A stretch of 53,411 bases of DNA from Candidatus Moraniibacteriota bacterium (GTDB taxonomy: Bacteria > Patescibacteriota > Minisyncoccia > Moranbacterales > GWC2-37-73): assembly GCA_038318455.1 (NCBI GenBank), contig JBBQCF010000001.1, positions 1-53,411 of the forward strand, in the 5' to 3' direction. Below the pieces are notes generated by a model. That model was not told where the DNA came from and ran no database searches. It worked only from the letters and a program-made list of their open reading frames with translations. The translations under genes and the position numbers were made by a program. Below, in pieces: positions 18,249-26,239 of the stretch (the first letter of the stretch is position 1; each line of letters opens with the position of its first letter).

Positions 18249-18278
18249 ATAAACTTTTATACTTTATAAACTATTTTC

Positions 18279-18866
18279 ATGTATCCAAAAGCTTTTCAAA
18301 AATTAATAAAAAATCTTTCATCACTTCCCTCCGTTGGTCCAAAAATGGCCGAGCGTCTTGTGCTTTTTCTTTTCAAACAAGACATTGAAAAAATTCGCGA
18401 CTTTGCAGAAAATCTCTTGGAAATAAAGAACATGAAAATCTGCAAACAATGTTTCAACATTGCCGAAGATACTCTTTGCGAATACTGCAAAGACTCAAAA
18501 CGTGATCAATATTCAATTTGTGTGGTCGAAGAGCCACTGGATATCATTTCACTTGAACGCACAAAAGCCTATAGTGGACTTTATCATGTCCTTGGTGGTG
18601 TCATTCAAATTGGGGACAGTGGAGTTGAACTGAAAATTCCCGAGCTCATTTCTCGCATTGAAAATGAAAAAATTATCGAAGTTATTCTGGCCACCAATCC
18701 AACCACTGAAGGAGATGCCACTTCTCTATATCTAAAAAGAAAATTACAAGGCCTGAATATTAAAATTACTCGTCTTGGACGTGGACTTTCAACTGGCGCT
18801 GATCTGGAATATGCTGATGAGCTAACTCTTTCTGAAGCCTTGACAAATCGCAAAGTTCTGCTATAA
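18279..18866 (+). CDS. recR: Recombination protein RecR
   Basis: It is 195 aa with an HhH segment (LPSVGPKMAERL), a C4 zinc finger CKQC...CEYC and a Toprim region. Confidence 0.93.
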   Translation: MYPKAFQKLIKNLSSLPSVGPKMAERLVLFLFKQDIEKIRDFAENLLEIKNMKICKQCFNIAEDTLCEYCKDSKRDQYSICVVEEPLDIISLERTKAYSGLYHVLGGVIQIGDSGVELKIPELISRIENEKIIEVILATNPTTEGDATSLYLKRKLQGLNIKITRLGRGLSTGADLEYADELTLSEALTNRKVLL

Positions 18867-18925
18867 TAATAAGATTTCTTTAACAACAAAGCAATTCAAA
18901 AAATCCCAAGCAAAAGGAGAGAAAA

Positions 18926-19210
18926 ATGAAAATTCTAATGCAAAAACCGGCAGTAAGTATGGACGCAGCTAAAAACATGTTGCGCGACGCTTTTTTCAGA
19001 CTAGCATCAGAAAACATCTTGCCCCTGCCAGATGTGAGAGAGTTTGTTTCTACCTTTCCTCCATGCAAAACTCCTCATAAATTTGACATGGAGCTCTGCG
19101 CAAAAGTAGAAAAGGAAGGAAAGGATATGCTCTTTACCGGGTATGTTTTATGTAAAGAAGAAAACTTGAGGTGTCTAGAGCTAAGCTACAGACTATCAGG
19201 TCAGAGATAA
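18926..19210 (+). CDS. Hypothetical small protein
   Basis: This is a 94-aa ORF with RBS aaaggagag upstream and a terminator downstream. Confidence 0.6.
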   Translation: MKILMQKPAVSMDAAKNMLRDAFFRLASENILPLPDVREFVSTFPPCKTPHKFDMELCAKVEKEGKDMLFTGYVLCKEENLRCLELSYRLSGQR

Positions 19211-19224
19211 ATTTATCTCAAAAA

Positions 19225-19257
19225 ACCCCACACCAGAAACTGGCTGTGGGGTTTTTC
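19225..19257 (+). terminator. Rho-independent terminator
   Basis: The stem ccccaca/tgtgggg is followed by ttttt. Confidence 0.6.
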
Positions 19258-19261
19258 ACAA

Positions 19262-19290
19262 TAAAAAAAATACCGACATGACATCGGTAT
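19262..19290 (-). terminator. rplU terminator
   Basis: The stem ataccga/tcggtat is followed on the minus strand by tttttttt. Confidence 0.55.
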
Positions 19291-19356
19291 TTCTATATTT
19301 TTTTTATTGCAACAGCGCATCCCATGTTTCATGCTTTATGTTCCATGCTCCATGTC

Positions 19357-19665
19357 TTATGCAATTTTGGTAATTTCCACTTCAGTATAAAGTTGCTTAT
19401 GACCAAATTTAACTTTATATCGCTTCTTTGGTTTATGCTTGATTCCCCAAACTTTCTTGTGACGTCCTTGCTCAACAAGTGTTCCCTCAACGATTGCACC
19501 TGCTATCATTGGAGTTCCAATCTTTACATCTTTTTCATCTCCAATAAAAAGCACTTCTTCGAATTTGATTACAGTCCCAGCTTCTCCTTCAAGTTTTTCA
19601 ATCTTGATTTTGTCCCCAACAGCTACTTTGTATTGCTTTCCACCTGTTTTAATAATTGCCAACAT
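19357..19665 (-). CDS. rplU: 50S ribosomal protein L21
   Basis: It is 102 aa and starts MLAIIKTGGKQYKV, with KKVWGIKHKPKKRYKVKFGHKQ. It is monocistronic here, with no rpmA downstream. Confidence 0.95.
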   Translation of the reverse strand: MLAIIKTGGKQYKVAVGDKIKIEKLEGEAGTVIKFEEVLFIGDEKDVKIGTPMIAGAIVEGTLVEQGRHKKVWGIKHKPKKRYKVKFGHKQLYTEVEITKIA

Positions 19666-19690
19666 GATCGTATATAAGTAAATTGTTATG

Positions 19691-19851
19691 AGAACCTAGT
19701 TCAAAAATAATTTTCTACTGCAACTTGCTTATTTTGGCTGCAAATTACTCAAAAATCGTCGCCAGACCTACGGGTATGACTCCTCATTTTTCCTAATTTT
19801 CGCTCAAAATAATCTTCGTTTCGTGACGAAACTATCTTTGAGCTAGGTTCT
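19691..19851 (-). ncRNA. Structured 5' leader of rplU
   Basis: A 15-bp closing stem pairs agaacctagttcaaa (19691-19705) with tttgagctaggttct (19837-19851) and encloses about 130 nt, including the hairpin gtttcg-tga-cgaaac. It begins at the predicted transcription start site. Confidence 0.5.
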
Positions 19852-19856
19852 AAATC

Positions 19857-19885
19857 AGTATACCTAAACTTAGGAAAAATGTCAA
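19857..19885 (-). promoter_or_regulatory. rplU promoter
   Basis: The minus strand reads TTGACA-N17-TATACT, directly after the alaS stop. Confidence 0.6.
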
Positions 19886-19888
19886 TGT

Positions 19889-21796
19889 TTATTCCAAGAT
19901 TGCCTTAATGCGCCTCACTCCAGCACTGGAAGCTTCTTCTTTTTGAATCTTAAAATGACCGAGTTCTGCAGTATTTTTAGCATGTGGCCCGCCACAAATC
20001 TCTCTGCTGACAATCTGACCTTTTTCATTAATAACTGAATAAACAGTCACTTTTTCGCCATATTTAGCTTCAAAGACGCCCATTGCATTTATTTTTTTGG
20101 CTTCATCTAGTGTCATTTCTTCTCTCACAACATCAAGCTTGGCAGAAATTGCAGCGTTAACGAGCTTTTCAACTTCAATCTTTTGCATATCGGTCATTTT
20201 CTCACTGTGAGAAAAATCAAAGCGAATACGCTCTGGTGTTATGTTTGAACCTTTTTGAGTCACATGATTACCCAAAACTTGTCTAAGTGCGGCTAGCATC
20301 AAATGAGCAGCCGTGTGAAGCTTGGCTGTTTCCTCTCCTGAATCTTGCAGACCTCCCTTAAACATTCCCGCAGAAGCGGTGCGAGAAAGGTCTTGATGCT
20401 TTTTCAATTCTTCTTCGAATTCTTTTTCTACTTTCTTCTTATCAAATTCAATACCTTTTTTTTCTATTTCCTCAAAAAACATTTCCAAGGGAAAACCATA
20501 AGATTGATAAAGCTCAAATGCATCCTTTCCATTTATTGCATTGCCCAATATTCCGGGCACGCCATCTTGTATAACATTATACAGATCGAAGGCTTTGAGT
20601 CCTCTTTCCAAAGTTTTTCTAAATTTTTCTTCTTCTTTTTTCAATTCAGCAAAAATATTTTCACGATTTTTCTTGAGTTCAGGATAAGTTTCTCCATACA
20701 TCTGAATCACGATTTCACTAATGCTTACAGAAAAATCCTTTTCGATACCGATAAGTTTTCCGTATCTAACTGCACGTCTAATAAGTCTACGCAAAACATA
20801 TCCTGCGCCAGTGTTTGAAGGCACTACACCATCGCCAATCAAAAAAGTTCCCGCTTTCAAATGGTCAGCAATTATTCTGAAAGATCTTTTCACATCTTCA
20901 CTTTCTCCATATTTTTTTCCAGAAAGTTCTTCTATTTTAGAAATAATTGACTCAAATAAATCAGTCAGAAAAATATCCGATGTGCCATTTTTCACGGCCA
21001 CTATTCTTTCAAGTCCTCCACCAAAATCAATGTTGCCTTTTGGCAAAAGTTCAAAACCATTTGGGGTTTTCATATATTGCATGAAAACATTGTTTCCAAT
21101 TTCCAAAAAACGTCCACAATCGCAATTGACGTGGCATGGCAGATTCTTGAATTCTGAATTCTCATGCAATTCAAGTTCAGCTCCAAAGTCCCAAAACATT
21201 TCACTATCTGGCCCACCTGGTTCGCCTATGGGCATATTGTCTGGAACTCCCGCACGTGACCACCAATTCTTTTTTTCTTCATAATAAAAAATCTTTCCGT
21301 CTTGCATTCCATCGCGCTCGGAAAAATCGACATCCTTAGCTTCAATTCCTAGTGCTTTAAATTCTTTTTTCCAAAATTCAACAGCCTCTGTGTCACGCGG
21401 AATTCCAAGCTTTTCATTTCCGCGAAAAACTGTAATGAAAAGTTTTTCAGGATCAAGCTCAACTTCTTTAATCAAAAATTCAAACATCCAAGCAATTTGC
21501 TCTTTTTTAAAATAATCACCCAAAGACCAATTGCCAAGCATTTCGAAAAATGTTGTGTGTCTATTGTCACCGACTTCTTCAATATCTTGGGCGCGAAAAC
21601 ATTTCTGTGAATCAACCAACCTATTCCCCTCTGGATGCTTTTCTCCAAGCAAATACTGCACCATAGGCTGCATTCCTGAACCCGTAAACAATGTTGTTGG
21701 GTCATTTTCTGGCAAAAGCAAGGCCGATGGAATAATTGCATGCCCCTTGGATTGGAAAAAGTCTAAATATTTTTTGCGAAGTTCATTTGCAGTCAT
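19889..21796 (-). CDS. alaS: Alanine--tRNA ligase (short form, ends after the editing domain)
   Basis: It starts ELRKKYLDFFQSKGH and carries the editing motifs HTAAHLM and CGGPH. It ends at ...GVRRIKAILE with no coiled-coil or C-Ala region (635 aa). Confidence 0.93.
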   Translation of the reverse strand: MTANELRKKYLDFFQSKGHAIIPSALLLPENDPTTLFTGSGMQPMVQYLLGEKHPEGNRLVDSQKCFRAQDIEEVGDNRHTTFFEMLGNWSLGDYFKKEQIAWMFEFLIKEVELDPEKLFITVFRGNEKLGIPRDTEAVEFWKKEFKALGIEAKDVDFSERDGMQDGKIFYYEEKKNWWSRAGVPDNMPIGEPGGPDSEMFWDFGAELELHENSEFKNLPCHVNCDCGRFLEIGNNVFMQYMKTPNGFELLPKGNIDFGGGLERIVAVKNGTSDIFLTDLFESIISKIEELSGKKYGESEDVKRSFRIIADHLKAGTFLIGDGVVPSNTGAGYVLRRLIRRAVRYGKLIGIEKDFSVSISEIVIQMYGETYPELKKNRENIFAELKKEEEKFRKTLERGLKAFDLYNVIQDGVPGILGNAINGKDAFELYQSYGFPLEMFFEEIEKKGIEFDKKKVEKEFEEELKKHQDLSRTASAGMFKGGLQDSGEETAKLHTAAHLMLAALRQVLGNHVTQKGSNITPERIRFDFSHSEKMTDMQKIEVEKLVNAAISAKLDVVREEMTLDEAKKINAMGVFEAKYGEKVTVYSVINEKGQIVSREICGGPHAKNTAELGHFKIQKEEASSAGVRRIKAILE

Positions 21797-21880
21797 AAAA
21801 TGATAAACTTATAGATTAATACAGCAATTATGTACTTATGATATCTCAAAAAAAGACTTTAGTAAAGAATATAACGACAT

Positions 21881-21913
21881 AAAAAAAGAGAGTGGCAAAC
21901 CTGCCGACTCTCT
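21881..21913 (-). terminator. Terminator of the 22614-21922 small-gene operon
   Basis: The stem agagagtcggca/tgccactctct has one bulge and is followed on the minus strand by ttttttt. Confidence 0.65.
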
Positions 21914-21921
21914 ATTATTTT

Positions 21922-22080
21922 TCACAGCACCAACAACAAAAGTGCAAACAAATTCTTCACAAAACGATCATGCGCCTTAGAATTAACCAGTATTGGACCA
22001 TGAGATCCACAGTTACAAGATTTTTCTTTACATACGCACTTTCTCACTGAAACTCCAATTAACACTCTTTTGTTTTGCAT
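21922..22080 (-). CDS. Unlisted 52-aa Cys-rich peptide with a hydrophobic tail
   Basis: RBS aaaggggga lies 3 nt before ATG 22080. The product is MQNKRVLIGVSVRKCVCKEKSCNCGSHGPILVNSKAHDRFVKNLFALLLLVL. It is below the ORF-track size cutoff. Confidence 0.5.
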   Translation of the reverse strand: MQNKRVLIGVSVRKCVCKEKSCNCGSHGPILVNSKAHDRFVKNLFALLLLVL

Positions 22081-22099
22081 GTTTCCCCCTTTAAAATGA

Positions 22100-22333
22100 T
22101 TATTTAATCATTTTTTTAATTTCCTTTTCTATTCTCTCCCAATCATTACTGGTGAATCCTTTGCGAAGCTCATCTTTTTTCTTAAGCATTGCAATGATAT
22201 CTTCAACAGCTATGTCATGATTTTTCTCCAATTCTCTTTCAGCGTCCCTAATGGCATCCTTAGTATAACTAAGGAGTTTCATTTCATGTTCTTCGGCAAT
22301 TTTCAAAACAAAATCTTTCAAATAAATAATCAT
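22100..22333 (-). CDS. Hypothetical small helical protein
   Basis: This is a 77-aa ORF lying 5 nt downstream of the preceding ORF. Confidence 0.6.
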   Translation of the reverse strand: MIIYLKDFVLKIAEEHEMKLLSYTKDAIRDAERELEKNHDIAVEDIIAMLKKKDELRKGFTSNDWERIEKEIKKMIK

Positions 22334-22338
22334 ATTTT

Positions 22339-22614
22339 TTATTGGCGACCCAGTGTGTTTATCTGGTGTTTAAATTTAATTAATTCTGCTTGCATTTGAA
22401 CATGCGCGGCAGTCATCTTCTTGTATTCATTTTCCTTGGCGGTAAATTCTTGTTGCAATCGCTCTTGCTTGTGCTTAAGCTCTCGCATGGCAAGCTCCAC
22501 TTCAATCAAGGAATGTTCTATTTTCTTCACATCTGATTGCTTAAGCATAGACTCCATTTGCAATCTTTTCTTTTGTGCAATCAAAGCGAAATCTTTATCG
22601 TTTAAATTATTCAT
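22339..22614 (-). CDS. Hypothetical coiled-coil protein
   Basis: This is a 91-aa ORF rich in K/E/Q. Confidence 0.6.
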   Translation of the reverse strand: MNNLNDKDFALIAQKKRLQMESMLKQSDVKKIEHSLIEVELAMRELKHKQERLQQEFTAKENEYKKMTAAHVQMQAELIKFKHQINTLGRQ

Positions 22615-22678
22615 GTTTTTTTTAATTTAATTATTTCTCACTCATTTGAAATCATATTTATTTGCCTATTATACAGCA

Positions 22679-22710
22679 AAAAACTCCCCCAGTAAAGGAG
22701 GAGTTTTTAA
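22679..22710. terminator. Bidirectional terminator separating the paralog array from downstream genes
   Basis: The stem aaactcc/ggagttt is extended by partial pairing of the adjacent c and g runs and is flanked by an A-run and a T-run. Confidence 0.6.
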
Positions 22711-22735
22711 GTAATTTATCCTAGATATATTGTTA

Positions 22736-22799
22736 TTTTTTGCATTTGCATTTTTGCATTTTACTTTACAACTTTACAAACTTGTAGCTTGATAAACTT
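22736..22799 (-). repeat. Array-edge stub: a copy of the inter-paralog spacer plus the first 11 nt (ATGCAAATGCA) of a paralog
   Basis: Bases 22736-22822 align almost base for base with 23996-24083. The stub reads MQMQKITIYLG and then stops. Confidence 0.8.
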
Positions 22800-24011
22800 T
22801 TACTGCCACTTGCTCATCATAATTCCCAAATCTTTTGTATTCACAACATTATCAAAATTTATATCAGAAATATTTTCAACATGAAGCCAGTTGGAGACTA
22901 GGGTTGTGAAATTTGAAATTGAATAGGCTAGTCCTGCCGATGATCCAATAATAATAGGAACGCCATTAGCATTTTGATTTCCATTTTCATCAATCACATA
23001 AAGATATGCAGTTTCTCCATTTATAAATGTTCCTTGATTGAGAGAAAATGAAATATTATTGTCTGACCATGTCGTGACAGGCTGAATCTCACAGTGAGTG
23101 CTGCTTGCCAAAGTATTTCCATTGCAGATCTCAACTCTAGAGAAAGCATTATCCACGTATATTTCTCCAAAATCCGTATCCAGATTTTCAAAATCCAAAG
23201 CTGGCGGATTCACATAACTTGTACCACTGTTATCAAAGCCTATATGTCCAGGTATTAAAGGTAGTGATGTTCCTGAATATTTAATAAAATTATTTCCATC
23301 GCTCATCAGAATTCTATTCAAATACATTTTCACGCTATGGTTTGTAGCATCAACTGAAACCTCAACTCTATTCCAAGCTCCAATCTGCATTGGACGAGGA
23401 TAGCAAAAAGTACCTCCGCCTCCATTGGCCCCCTCATCTAAAATTGGCCAAGTAGTTACATATTCAGTAAAGGAAATCCTTGTACCAACACCATTTTTAT
23501 CATCCCAAATCCTAACAAATTTATTTGTACCTATAGGACTGCCATCCACTTTAAAAGATGACATATTGGTCTTTATCCAAAAAGTAAAATACAATTTATC
23601 CATACTTCCCACTCCATTTTTAGGCCATCCCACACTTGCCTTATATCCGTGAGTATAATAATGAGCAGTTCTAAAACCTCTTTGCGCTCTTGATGTTGTA
23701 TATTTTGTTGGAAAAACATTATTTGTAAGTTCATAGACCGTGGTTGGCACATTGTCCATATCAGCCAATCCATTATAAGTATTCTGGTTATCCACAGTGT
23801 CCCAAAGCTGTGGGGCGGGACTATTTTTTATGCCAAAACTATTTCCTACGATATCGATCTGCTGTCCATCGCTCACTGTGCCAATAAGGTTGGAAATACT
23901 TACTTCAGCATTTGCATCTTGCACCAAACAAAATCCTAGCAGAAAAATTGCTAAAAATATTTTTATGAAATTTCTTCCACCAGCTGACGGATTTTCTTTT
24001 TGCATTTGCAT
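22800..24011 (-). CDS. Secreted ConA/LamG-like jelly-roll protein with a C-terminal dockerin-like module (paralog 1 of 4)
   Basis: It is 403 aa with a signal peptide ...LVQDANA. The C-terminus YSISNFTTLVSNWLHVENISDINFDNVVNTKDLGIMMSKWQ is shared by all four paralogs. Confidence 0.75.
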   Translation of the reverse strand: MQMQKENPSAGGRNFIKIFLAIFLLGFCLVQDANAEVSISNLIGTVSDGQQIDIVGNSFGIKNSPAPQLWDTVDNQNTYNGLADMDNVPTTVYELTNNVFPTKYTTSRAQRGFRTAHYYTHGYKASVGWPKNGVGSMDKLYFTFWIKTNMSSFKVDGSPIGTNKFVRIWDDKNGVGTRISFTEYVTTWPILDEGANGGGGTFCYPRPMQIGAWNRVEVSVDATNHSVKMYLNRILMSDGNNFIKYSGTSLPLIPGHIGFDNSGTSYVNPPALDFENLDTDFGEIYVDNAFSRVEICNGNTLASSTHCEIQPVTTWSDNNISFSLNQGTFINGETAYLYVIDENGNQNANGVPIIIGSSAGLAYSISNFTTLVSNWLHVENISDINFDNVVNTKDLGIMMSKWQ

Positions 24012-24060
24012 TTTTGAATTTTACTTTAAAAACTTTACAAACTTGTAGCTTGATAAAATT

Positions 24061-25131
24061 TTACTGCCACTTGCTCATCATCACTCCCAAATCTTTCGTA
24101 TTTATAATATTATCAGCATTAAAATCAGATACAGTTCCAAGATGAAGCCAATTTGAAATTAAGGTTGTAAAATTGGAGATTGAAAAAGTTACAGGAACAT
24201 TAACAATAGGGCCGATAAATGGATTGTTTTCAGCATCACGATTTGTTGGATTTGTACTAATTGCAATATTATCAATATCAATATAAAAACATCCAATGCC
24301 TGTATCGCCAACTTGGGATAAATTAACTTCAAATGCCATATGTTTTTTTGGCCACGCAGTACCCAGATTTAAATTTTTTCTACTCATCTTTAACACACCA
24401 TCAACCCAAAATTCCTCTGCTCCATCGGTACCGAGATCTCCTGATTGTTTTTTAATATGTATCTCATAAATATGCCAGAGACCATCACCAATAGCACTAC
24501 CTTGTGTCGCTACCCACCCAGTATTCGATTCACCATACACATTCTCAAATGGATCCATATGGTCTTGGTTCCAAAATTTCCATGTGTCATATTTATGCGC
24601 CCCAACAAAATTATCAAATTTATCAGCAACAGCTCCACTAAAAATAACTGGAGCCCCTCCCTCGCCATCACTAAATAACAATACTTTTTCCTCATCCATT
24701 ACAAGCCAAGTAAATCCATATTGATATCTTTTGTAAAAACGTACCCATATTTCATTTACAGGAGTAGCGAGGTTAATTATTACATTACCTGAACCATCAT
24801 TTTTTCCAGGAAAGAGCTCCCATGGCGGTACAGCCTGTCCTCCATGCCAAAAACGAATACCCTTTCCACTTCCACCATAAGCAGCATCAGATGTTAGCTG
24901 CGTAAATTGTCCGCTAGAGCATGAGCGAGTTGCACCAGAAGTGAGGTCATTAATAACATTTCCTCCATTTAAGATTCCATCTGGATAACTGTCAAAATTT
25001 TCAGACCAAGGAGTTACAATTTGCGCATTCACCTTTTGCACTTCAAAAAAAATTAGTAAAAAAAATATTACTAAACTTATTTTTTGAATTTCTTTTCGCC
25101 AGCTGGCGAATTTTTCTTTGTGCATTTGCAT
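24061..25131 (-). CDS. Secreted ConA/LamG-like jelly-roll protein with a C-terminal dockerin-like module (paralog 2 of 4)
   Basis: It is 356 aa with a signal peptide ...VQKVNA. It contains GLWHIYEIHIK...FWVDGVL and the C-terminus FSISNFTTLISNWLH...DFNADNIINTKDLGVMMSKWQ. Confidence 0.75.
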   Translation of the reverse strand: MQMHKEKFASWRKEIQKISLVIFFLLIFFEVQKVNAQIVTPWSENFDSYPDGILNGGNVINDLTSGATRSCSSGQFTQLTSDAAYGGSGKGIRFWHGGQAVPPWELFPGKNDGSGNVIINLATPVNEIWVRFYKRYQYGFTWLVMDEEKVLLFSDGEGGAPVIFSGAVADKFDNFVGAHKYDTWKFWNQDHMDPFENVYGESNTGWVATQGSAIGDGLWHIYEIHIKKQSGDLGTDGAEEFWVDGVLKMSRKNLNLGTAWPKKHMAFEVNLSQVGDTGIGCFYIDIDNIAISTNPTNRDAENNPFIGPIVNVPVTFSISNFTTLISNWLHLGTVSDFNADNIINTKDLGVMMSKWQ

Positions 25132-25181
25132 TTATGTATTTTCTAAAAAGCTAATGAAGCTAGGGCCTAATAAACTAACTG

Positions 25182-26198
25182 TCAGTTCCATTTCGACATC
25201 ATCGCACCAAGGTCTCTGGTATTTACAATATTATCTGAATTTAAATCAGAGTAATTTCCAGCGCCGACATGAAGCCAACTAGAAACAAGGGTTGTGAAAT
25301 TGGAGATGGAGAAAGTTGCAGGAATATTAACAATAGGTCCATTTCCATAGGAGTCAATATTGGGCGGCGTAGTGTTATATATAACCATATCATCAACATC
25401 AACATAAGCTGGGGCGCCATTGATCGGTGCTCTCATGTTACTAAGGAAGTTAAAGGTATCCCAAGGACCTCCAATAGCTCCTCCTTGTGCCTTCAGATCA
25501 CCATCAATCCAAATTCTTGATTTATTACTAGCTCTATCCAAATAAGCTTCAGCATAATGCCAAGAACCATCAGCGATACCATGATTTGTTGGAAATAAAT
25601 TTTTCCATCCCCAATTTAAATTTGAACCTACCGCATCCCCCACTCTTGCGGTTGAAATATTAGATCCACCTTGCACAATTCTGATTTCATTTCCTGAAGA
25701 TGGTCCGAAAACTTCCCAGCCATCATTATTTGAGCTACGAAAATATAGCCATTTGTGATATTGCGGTGACCAAGCAACACTATCGTAATCATAATCAAAT
25801 TTAAAACCATCTTGATAATGGATATAGAATCGCACCCAAATTTTATCAGTACCTGGGAAAACCACAGACACCGGAGAAGTTTCGATATTTTCCCCATCTC
25901 CATACCACATTCGATATCCATTGCCTCCTGCTCCATTGCCATAATTAGCAGCTGCTGTTACTTGAGATTTATTTCCTGCTGCAATAAAGGGAATGTCACC
26001 AGCTCCCCAGACGCCAAGATTATCACAAGTTGACATGGATGTTGGCTCAGAGCGTTCGGCACAATTAAAAGTAGTTTCCCATTTTCCATTGGTAAAACTA
26101 ATGTCTGCTCGTGAAACTTTAGTGCCAATCACAAAAATATTCAACACAAAAAATACTATACAAATTCTTATTAATTTTATATTTTGTATTTTTCGCAT
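25182..26198 (-). CDS. Secreted ConA/LamG-like jelly-roll protein with a C-terminal dockerin-like module (paralog 3 of 4)
   Basis: It is 338 aa with a signal peptide ...KVSRA. It contains GSWHYAEAYLD...IWIDGDL and the C-terminus FSISNFTTLVSSWLH...DLNSDNIVNTRDLGAMMSKWN. Confidence 0.75.
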   Translation of the reverse strand: MRKIQNIKLIRICIVFFVLNIFVIGTKVSRADISFTNGKWETTFNCAERSEPTSMSTCDNLGVWGAGDIPFIAAGNKSQVTAAANYGNGAGGNGYRMWYGDGENIETSPVSVVFPGTDKIWVRFYIHYQDGFKFDYDYDSVAWSPQYHKWLYFRSSNNDGWEVFGPSSGNEIRIVQGGSNISTARVGDAVGSNLNWGWKNLFPTNHGIADGSWHYAEAYLDRASNKSRIWIDGDLKAQGGAIGGPWDTFNFLSNMRAPINGAPAYVDVDDMVIYNTTPPNIDSYGNGPIVNIPATFSISNFTTLVSSWLHVGAGNYSDLNSDNIVNTRDLGAMMSKWN

Positions 26199-26239
26199 TT
26201 CACATTATGAACCTTACGAACTTGAAAATTTATGAACTT

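Noticed and set aside
18240-18262. The 15-mer cttgataaactttta is shared between the post-dnaB hairpin region and the paralog-array spacer at 22786-22800.
   Set aside because: A single 15-nt match in 53 kb of AT-rich sequence is within chance expectation, and the surrounding sequences do not align.
19324-19356. A catg-rich low-complexity tract (catgtttcatgctttatgttccatgctccatgtcttatg) just downstream of rplU, plus the plus-strand ORF 19324..19677.
   Set aside because: The ORF is antisense to rplU. The tract lies between the rplU stop and its terminator, with no clear periodic unit or pairing partner. It is noted only as low-complexity sequence.
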